From Octopus vulgaris (Eukaryota): a stretch of 64,000 nucleotides of DNA. Made by a program: the position numbers and the translations under genes. This document shows, piece after piece, positions 54,205 through 64,000 of this stretch. The notes below the pieces were generated by a model. The model was given only the letters and a program-made list of their open reading frames with translations. It was not told the DNA's origin and did not search any database. The number at the start of each line of letters is the position of its first letter. Position 1 is the first letter of the stretch. The DNA is taken from the NCBI GenBank assembly GCA_951406725.2, contig OX597825.1:32922001-32986000 (forward strand), given 5' to 3'.

Positions 54205-55520
54205 TAATAATGATAATGGTGAGAGTAAGAAAGATATAAGTCCTAAGCAATGATGAAGCAAAGAAAAAGGAAGAATTTAAGCTAGACAGACAGAATAACA
54301 CCTTCAATAGATGGGGGGGAAAAGGTAGAATGTTTAACTAATTCTTGCAGGAAATGCCTGAAACAGTTGACAAGATAAGATCTGAGAATGGACTAGGAAA
54401 GGCGACTTAAAAGTTGAAACTGCAGCCCTTATCTTCGCAGCCCAAGAACAGGCACTGAGAAGGAACTATATCAAATTCAATATTGACAGATCAGTAAAGC
54501 GGCGAGCTGCCAGAAACGTTAGCACGCCGGGCGAAATGCTTAGCGCTATTTCGTCTGTCGTTACGTTCTGAGTTCAAATTCCGCCGAGGTCGACTTTGCC
54601 TTTCATCCTTTCGGGGTCGATAAATAAAGCACCAGTTCGCACTGGGTTCGATATAATCGACATAATCCGTTTGTCTGTCCTTGTTTGTCCCCTCTATGTT
54701 TAGCCCCTTGTGGGTAGTAAAGAAATATATTTTAAGTAAAGAAATAGGTATTTCGTCTGTCATTACGTTCTGAGTTCATATTCTGCCACGGTCGACTTTG
54801 CCTTTCATCCTTTCGTGGTCGATAGATTAAGTACCAGTTGTATCCTGGTGTCGATCTAATTGACTGCTCCCTCCCCAATAATTTTAGGCCTTGTGCCTAG
54901 AGTAGAAGAGATTATTGATAGATCAATGTCTTTCCCACTTTGTAGGTTATGTGGTGTGAAAGGTGAAGGAATAAACCACATCATTACTGAATGTAAGATG
55001 CTTGCACAGAGAATGTACAAGAGAAGGCACGATAACATTGCTAGACTGGTTCACTGGAAGCTCTGAAATAAGTGTGACATGAGCAGAAATGAGAAATGGT
55101 ATGAGGACAAACTGGGAAGGATCGCTGTGAACGAACAATATAAGATCGTGTGGAACATGACAATCCAGTGTGAACATTTGCTTATAGCAAGAAAACCTGA
55201 CATTGTTGTCGTAGAAAAGAAGAAAAAAGCAATTTGTTAAGCAACAAAGATATTGCTTAACCGTGAATGAGAAGAAAAGTGAGAAAGTGGAGAAATATCA
55301 GGAGCCGAAGTGGGAAATGAAGAAAGTATGGAGAATCAGGCATGTAGAAGTGGTGCTGATTGTGGTTAGATCACTAGGAGCAGTTGGTATGAGATGAACG
55401 CATGGCTTGAGAAGCTAGCAATTACCATCAGGATGGAATGTTGCAGAGAACAGCCTTGTTAGTAAGAGCAAGGATTCTAAAGAGGGTGTTAGAAAGATGA
55501 AGGGGTAGGAATGAGCCAAA
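54205..55520 (+). mobile_element. R4/Dong-like LINE 3' fragment interrupted by a SINE
   Basis: GDLKVETAALIFAAQEQALR, CRLCG..NHIITEC..YKRRHD, RKPDIVVV; flanked by (AAT)n and (ACT)n. Confidence 0.88.
54497..54912 (+). mobile_element. Dimeric SINE family 2 insertion with 13-bp target-site duplication
   Basis: TATTGA(C/T)AGATCA at 54481-54493 and 54913-54925; splits the host LINE reading frame. Confidence 0.85.
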
Positions 55521-55527
55521 AGCGGAT

Positions 55528-55565
<38 letters not shown>

Positions 55566-55810
55566 AGGCGGTGAACTGACAGAACCATTAACGTGCCGGG
55601 CAAAATGCTTAACAGCATTTCGTCCGACTATCTACCTAATTTCTTACTTATCTATCTATCTATCAATTTATCTACCATACAAATTCTGTGGAGATCGACT
55701 TTGTCTTTCATTCTTTTGGTCTCGATAAAATAAGTACTAGCTGAGCACTGGAGTCGATCTAATTGACCTATTCCCGCCCCGAATTTGCTGGCCTTGTGCC
55801 AAAACTTGAA

Positions 55811-55919
<109 letters not shown>

Positions 55920-56660
55920 AATATTATTTCAGACGTAGCTCTCTATCCAAAGTCGTGACAGTACTTTATGCAATATGAGTACTGTTCCAAGTAATGCCGA
56001 ATTTTGCTATACACCTAGAATGTAGGTTATTTATAAAGTTTCCTGATGCTTCTCCTGGTTGGATGGTATTGAGCCCAGTGCTCCGATGACAACAGGGACA
56101 ACCTTTATGTTTGACTCTCATAGCTGCCTCATCCTCGCAATCACAATTCTCAGGTCTCCATATTTATCAATATTTTCTCTCGCACTGCCACGTCGATTAT
56201 TAGGCACTCTTGTTTGTCCCTCCTAAAGGTTACTATGTCCGGCCTTCGATGTTCTAACACTTTGTCTGTTTGGAAGTCAAAGTCCCAGTGGACTTTTGCC
56301 TTACTCGTCAATTACCTTTTCCAGTGTATGTTGGTACCAAGTACCCGTTACCTCGTATCCATTCTTCCGGCATAGTAGCCAGTGAAGGTTTTGGGCTACC
56401 TTGCCATGCCTGCTCTTGTACTCTTTCTGCACAAGACTTTCACAAGCACTAACAATGCGTGTCACGCTTTCGACCCTCTTCCCACACATTCTGCAGAGGT
56501 TCGTTGCATTTGTGTGGTATATATCTCTTTTCACTGAGTTGGTATTTAATGCCTGATCATGGGCAGCGATGATTAGGCTTTCGGTCTTCTTTTTTAGGTC
56601 ACCCCTGCTTCCCACACATTCTGCAGAGGCTCGTTGCACTTGTGTAGTATATATCCTTAT
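55920..56660 (-). mobile_element. R4/Dong-like LINE 3' fragment
   Basis: GDLKKKTESLIIAAHDQALNT..CRMCG..YKSRH..LHW, RPDIV, VPVVIGALG; flanked by (ATT)n and (AGT)n. Confidence 0.88.
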
Positions 56661-56665
56661 TATTA

Positions 56666-56743
<78 letters not shown>

Positions 56744-57229
56744 AAGTCTAGTGATTATTTATTCTTAAATACTTTTCACTTTCATCAATACTTTTTTCCA
56801 ACTTCAAAGCAAGCCACACGTACGCAAAACGAGAATACTGTTTCAACTTGGAACATTGTGAATATTTTATGGACTGCAAATTGTTTTATTCTACAAGTTT
56901 CCATGAATAGCGGTTAATAGAAATTTATAACTTTTTTTATTTATTAATGCTTATACAGCTTTAGTTTTAGTTTAGTTTACTATAGTAATAGAATACCGAC
57001 AAAACATTATTATGTGTTATACTTTCTTGAAAGAAAGGAGATAAGAAGCAGTCTAAAAATGGTTAAATAAAAAGAAATTCTATAAATAAAAGTAGTATCT
57101 TTAATTATTTGTTTATTTATTTATTCAGTTTCCTTTCTGCTGTTGCTACAAGAGAAAATAATATATGTGTTAATATATGTTAATTTATGTCAAGCCAACG
57201 TAAGCACTTCTACGAGATCTTTTATTCTG

Positions 57230-57725
57230 TTAGATGTTGCACAATTTAATATCTTAAAAATTACGAAGGAAATACTGAATAATGTAGTCGAAGTTATACA
57301 ATGTACTTGAAAATAAGATAAAACTAAGAAGGAGGTTCCATGTGGTCAGTTAAACTGCTAAGTATAATAGCTAAAGTCTCCTTCAAATTACAGTTTAATG
57401 GGAATGATACTTAACAATGCATTGCAAAGTATACAATGTAATTGGAAATAAGATAGGCCAACGAGAGAGAGCTTCTATGTGGTCGGTCACTTTGCTAGAC
57501 ATAGCAACTAAAATATGCATCAAATTACAATTTAACGACTTAAAAAATAATAAAGGAAACACTAAACAATGTATTCCAAGGTATGATGTTCTTGAAAATA
57601 AGATAATCCAACGATAAAACCTCTATGTAGTAATGGACGCCAAATAGTCCTCAAACATACCCCGCCGTCATAGAAATAAAGAACACATTTAATAATGTAA
57701 TCCACGGTACACTATTCCTGAAACG
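57230..57725 (+). repeat. Tandem array (~3.5 units of ~140-150 bp) of a dispersed repeat
   Basis: GAAA(A)TAAGATA..CTCTATGTGGT..TGCTA..TAGC..AAA..TCAAATTACA recurs; related monomers near 4845, 37070-37230 (-), 37700-37820 (-) and 40830-40960. Confidence 0.7.
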
Positions 57726-57795
57726 AAGCTAAAGCAACAAGAGAGCTACGTTTTCGTTCCTCCTCCTCCTCCTGTGTAATTTAGGATTATATATA

Positions 57796-57861
<66 letters not shown>

Positions 57862-57917
57862 CACCACACATAAACACTCACACACATACATACAGTCATA
57901 TATATATATATATATAT

Positions 57918-58390
<473 letters not shown>

Positions 58391-58393
58391 CGA

Positions 58394-58431
<38 letters not shown>

Positions 58432-59624
58432 GTGTCTATTATGTATATACCGATGCATATACATATGTGCATGCGCGCGTGTGTGTTGTTTGTTAAGAGA
58501 TTTATCGACTTTGACCGCATTTCTTTAGGTTCCTGTTCCTTCGAAGCCGATCCGACGGTTTGATACTTTTCAGAGTAGCGTAGTTTGAACGAAATATTGC
58601 GTAGCATGGTTGTTAACATTGTTTTAAAATCCTATACAATGTAAATTGGAAACATAATGTGGAATAATATAAACAAAGCATTTAAGGAAACCACTACAAA
58701 TTTAACACTTTTGCCTTGATTCTATCATTGGTTTCAATTGCATTAGCTTTTGTTTCATGTTGGCAATGAGATTTTACCAGTGAACGTAATATAGCGTTGA
58801 TAGTGAAAAATTATCTTTCTGTTAAGATTTAAATTTATAATATTAGATTTATCTTCAATGTAAAGGTTTACATATTACAGCGATTTCTGAGAAGTGTTGC
58901 ATGATCAAATGACTGAAACAAGTAAACGAATATATATATATACATATATATATATATGTATGTATGTATGTATGTATCTATTATGTATATACCGATGCAT
59001 ATACATATGTGCATGCGCGCGTGTGTGTTGTTTGTTAAGAGATTTATCGACTTTGACCGCATTTCCAGATTTAGTTTCTAATACTTCCCCCTCTTTTTTC
59101 CTGCTGTAAATAAAGCATGCTGTTAACTTCCTCAACGGCAACAAGTACCGCACATAGAGTTTAATAGAGATAACACCATTAGAAAATAAAACATGATGTT
59201 AAGAGGAATTAGAGCTTCAGAGATTGATGTTATTTGTAACAGAACATTTCACTGCAATAGAAAACAAATGGCGGGTTTGCAGATTATTCCGATGTAAACG
59301 TTGTTGTCTTTGCAGTTTCCAACTTGTTCCTACAGCATTTCTCCCGATGGGCTACAATTCAGTTACTGGGCAACAACGGCCAAACTGGAGCATCGCCTAG
59401 ATGGGCGTAGTTGAAGAATTCGACTCCCGGTGCTGGTACTTATTCTATGAGTTTTTTATGGGGAGCCGCTCGGTTACAGGGACATAAACAAACCAACACC
59501 GATTCTCAACCGGAACCGAGAGGGTGAAACAGATGCACAAGAACTCACACAAACATACACATACAGACTGACACTCACAGAGACAGACACACACACATAT
59601 GTATACATAAAAACACACACATAC

Positions 59625-59685
<61 letters not shown>

Positions 59686-60359
59686 TCTGTGTGTGTGTGT
59701 GTGTCTGTGTATGTGTGTGTGTGTGTGTGTGTGTGAGTGTGCAATTTATAAGAAAGATCTAGAGGAATAATTACAAGGTAGCTAAATGTTGCTTAAGTGT
59801 CCCAAGAAACAATAGTCACACTCGTGTGGGATTTGATTCCGAGAAGAACCGAGACGTATTAAGGAGAAAAAATATGAAAGATTTTGAAAATAGAGACAAA
59901 CGCTCAAGATGTTATCAAATCATTTATATCAACATGTTTCGATGGATGCATTCAAAATACACCCGACAGTTATACATATATACGTGAATGTGTGCGTGCG
60001 TGGATGTCTACACATGCATATATATACACTGAACTAACACACCGAACCTATCTATAATTCGTCTATTTAATTAATAGCCATAAATGCCTTCCTACCTCCA
60101 CCTCATCAAAACCTTAATGCCCGATCTCTCACCCCGAACCGACCCTAACGTAGAATAATACTGGTATCTTATCTTTATCTTTCTTATTTTTTATTTAAAT
60201 TTTTTTATTTTGAGTTTATTTTACTTTCGCTCTCATTCATTCTTTCCCACACCTATCTCATTCCTTTCTTTTCTCTTTCTCCCCTCTCTTCTATTCTCTC
60301 ACTCAAAACCCTTATCTGTCTATCATCTGTCTATCATTCTATATACCCGCGAGGACCAT

Positions 60360-60710
60360 TTTCATAATAGCTAACCACTTGGTGTATTCCTTCAACATGT
60401 ATGCAACATTCAAAATACTGCCTGGATTTACCTGGGATTATACTTAAGGACCTATACCTTCACGGAACTACGGACCAACCTCCATACCCTCTGGAAGAAG
60501 ATGAGCTATGAACTTTATTCTCCTGTCTGTATTCTTCAATCTACTGTTTTTCTTTTTATTCTTCTGACTATTATTTTATTCCTTTACAAACTGTGAATTC
60601 CGTCTGAAACTTTGCTATATACCTTGTCTCTGACGGAATGCCCAGTGTATGGAGACACTAACCTATCACTTGGGATATCCCAGAAATAACTGTAAGACAT
60701 CTAATAATTA
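60360..60710 (+). mobile_element. Penelope-like element 3' end with degenerate hammerhead (60625-60699)
   Basis: Decayed WIY..LRT motif resembling a GIY-YIG C-terminus, then TGTCT-CTGACGG..CCCAGTG/CACTTGGG..GAAA..TGTA-AGACA with stem I TGTCT/AGACA. Confidence 0.5.
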
Positions 60711-62433
60711 ATTAACTAATTAAGTAACTAATTAATTAATTGATTACTTCAAATTCACCTTACTCTGATTAAATATTCTAAATGACTTGAGATACTCGTC
60801 CTGCCTTGGTTTGGGTGTATATATACATGACGGGCTTCCACACCAAATTCTCTCATACGGCGTTGGTCGGCCTGGAGTTATTGTAGAAGACATTTGCCTA
60901 AGGTGCTGCAAATTGGGACTGAACCCGAAATCACGTGGTTGCAAAGCGAACTTTTCAATAAACAGCCATACTTGCACCTTCTTACGAATGTTTTCTGCCC
61001 ATCTCGGTCTTGAAATTTCAGGCCCCGATCGCTCTGATGTGGAATTAAAAAGAAGTGTTACTTATATTAACTCTGATAATTCTGGTGACGCTCATTTAAG
61101 ATACATACATACATACATACATACATACATACATACATACATACATACATACATACATACATACATACATACAAACATACATACATACATACATACATAC
61201 ATACAACACATGCACCATCCGCAGCTATCCTAAATATATCCGTAGGGTACCAACTTCTCAAGACACAAGACATTGTTAGCAAAACTATTCACCCTGCTAT
61301 CGTCAGAAAGGAATATCCTGACGACCAAAGTTGTATCAGATCAGCAATGCAATTGCACCTTCTTTAAAAATTAAGAGTTCTGGTGGAATATTGCAACGAA
61401 AATAGCAATCCATTGCAAACACTCCAGACCTAAAGTTGTTTTATGTCTTAGATGACACGAATTGTGTGTTGATTAATGGTAAACTGCGAATGTGAATGTT
61501 TCGCCTAAAACTATAAGAAAAGACAAAATTTATGGTTAACTAATGAGAAGATTAAAACTTCTGAATTCAAGAAATATATTGTTTTTACCTATTATCATAT
61601 TTGTAATTACCTACCTACGAAGCAATAGATTTACAAATAAGAGCGCTAGGGTTTTCTAAGAAAGAAATTAGCAGACTGATTCGCAGTCTCTAAATATAGT
61701 CAATTAGATATTATAAAATAGTTCAGGAATTTTGTGTTTGAGGTGCCTGGGTGAACATTCCCCACACAATCATATAATGTGTGTGTCTGTGGGGTGGGGA
61801 TACACACGCACGAACACACATTGAAACAAAATCCCTTGGTGGTGCACGGATTGTTTGTAAAGCATTCTAAAGAATTTCCATTTCACTACCCTCGAATGAA
61901 AATATACAAATCCCAGGTGCATATGACAGAAACACACAGAACCACACACATACACACACACAAACACACACTCCGATTCATGTACTAAAGAGACAAAAAA
62001 AGGATCAGAGGCCATTTCGTCAGATTACCTAGCGTTTTTATTCCTCCGCCACACTCTGGGCGTGCCGCCCGTCACGCACATTTGCTTGTTGAGTGAACTG
62101 GATATGTGTAATGAAGTGTTGTGTACAAGAAGACACCGCATCGCCTAGTGTAGGAATCGAAACGGCCATGAGTCCAATACCCTAACAACTACACCACCAC
62201 GTGTCTCCAAGCACTAAAGAGGCATGTGCACCCGTTATATAAGAGCAACTATATTCGCGACTACACCTCTCTATATATTCATATTAACACACCCACATAT
62301 TCAGAAATCCCTGAAAAGATCTTGATTCAAACAAAAACCACCATCAGCGTTTATTAATGACCGATGAGAATTCTTCGAAAACTCTAAGTAAATCTCAAAG
62401 AAAGACATACATGCATACACATTCATAGATAGC

Positions 62434-62523
<90 letters not shown>

Positions 62524-62913
62524 TAGATAGATAGATAGATAGATACATATAGATATGTATACACACACAGAAATACAAAATAAGCTATCACATACATGCA
62601 CTCATGTACTAAACAGGCTTATCCCGCCATAAGTACAATAATACATGAACATATACATACACACACACACACAAACACACACACACAACCAAACATACAT
62701 ACACACAAACACGCACGCACATACACTCACACAAACATAAACACACATACACAGACACACACACACAGACACATACACACACATACACTTAAGTATTCAC
62801 AAATCTTTGGAAATTGTCTTCACTCAAAAAAAAAACTACCTTGACACTTTGTCAGTAACTCGCTTGAATTTGCGGAGAACAATTTAAATGTCAGAGAAAA
62901 CTATGCACACATA

Positions 62914-63034
<121 letters not shown>

Positions 63035-63144
63035 ATATATATATATATACACGTATATATATATATATATGGTTATATATACATATGTATGTACATATAT
63101 ATTATACATCTGTATACGTATATATGTATATGCATATATATATA

Positions 63145-63211
<67 letters not shown>

Positions 63212-63230
63212 CACATATATATATATATTA

Positions 63231-63270
<40 letters not shown>

Positions 63271-63328
63271 TTATATATACATATGTATGTACATATATAT
63301 TATACATCTGTATACGTATATATGTATA

Positions 63329-63367
<39 letters not shown>

Positions 63368-63717
63368 GTGTGTGTGTTTGTGTTTGTGTGTGTGGACGTA
63401 TGTCAATATATGCGGTTGTATACATATGGATCCGAAGAAGATATAAAGAATGCATCGCAAACATATGTTGACGTATACAGACCAGTCATCAAAACTAAGC
63501 ACATCTAAAAGACTTCTTGTATGAATTATGTCCGAAAGACAGTCGTTGACATTAATAGAATGCTTCTGGCATACGTTTCCAAATTTGAATGGCGTTCGTC
63601 CGTAAATGTAGGTTCCATTGGTTATGTGTGATTAGATTTTTGTTTAGACTAACGAAAGCCGTAGCTAAGTTTATATCTATATATATATACATATCTATAT
63701 ATATATATACATATCTA

Positions 63718-63798
<81 letters not shown>

Positions 63799-64000
63799 TT
63801 ATATATGTATATCTATGTATATCTATGAATATTTGTGTATAATGTGTAGCTGTGTAGCTTAGAATTGATTTTCTTGTTCTTTAAAGTCGGTGACTTTGAC
63901 ACAACACTTTCCACTTCCCATTATTTAATGGTAGGAATGCAGATATGGCAAAAATCCTTTCAAAATGTGCCTGACGAGGCACATTTCGGAAAGTATGAGA

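Noticed and set aside
63963-63995. CTGACGA..GAAA at the window end
   Set aside because: No stem II; the sequence forms a simple 10-bp hairpin AAATGTGCCT/AGGCACATTT, and the context is cut off.

Overview
AT-rich, microsatellite-saturated animal DNA. The SINE families and a molluscan-type cox2 NUMT point to an octopus; this is inferred, not verified. I can support only one host coding exon: an atypical rhodopsin-class GPCR at 42022-43074 (+), preceded by a splice acceptor. The rest is mostly tRNA-derived SINEs, decayed RLE-type LINEs (three R4/Dong-like copies sit in (TAA)n tracts), RTE, Tc1/mariner and pogo fragments, a cox2 NUMT, fold-back elements and old minisatellites. The main unexplained signal is about ten minimal type-I hammerhead-ribozyme folds inside short non-coding elements inserted in microsatellites. 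One has an intact core, two fold-back elements carry a copy on each strand, and three unrelated families share the same G5-to-A core change. Nearly all ORFs in the supplied track are microsatellite artefacts. All structures were read by eye, and no searches or folding programs were run.
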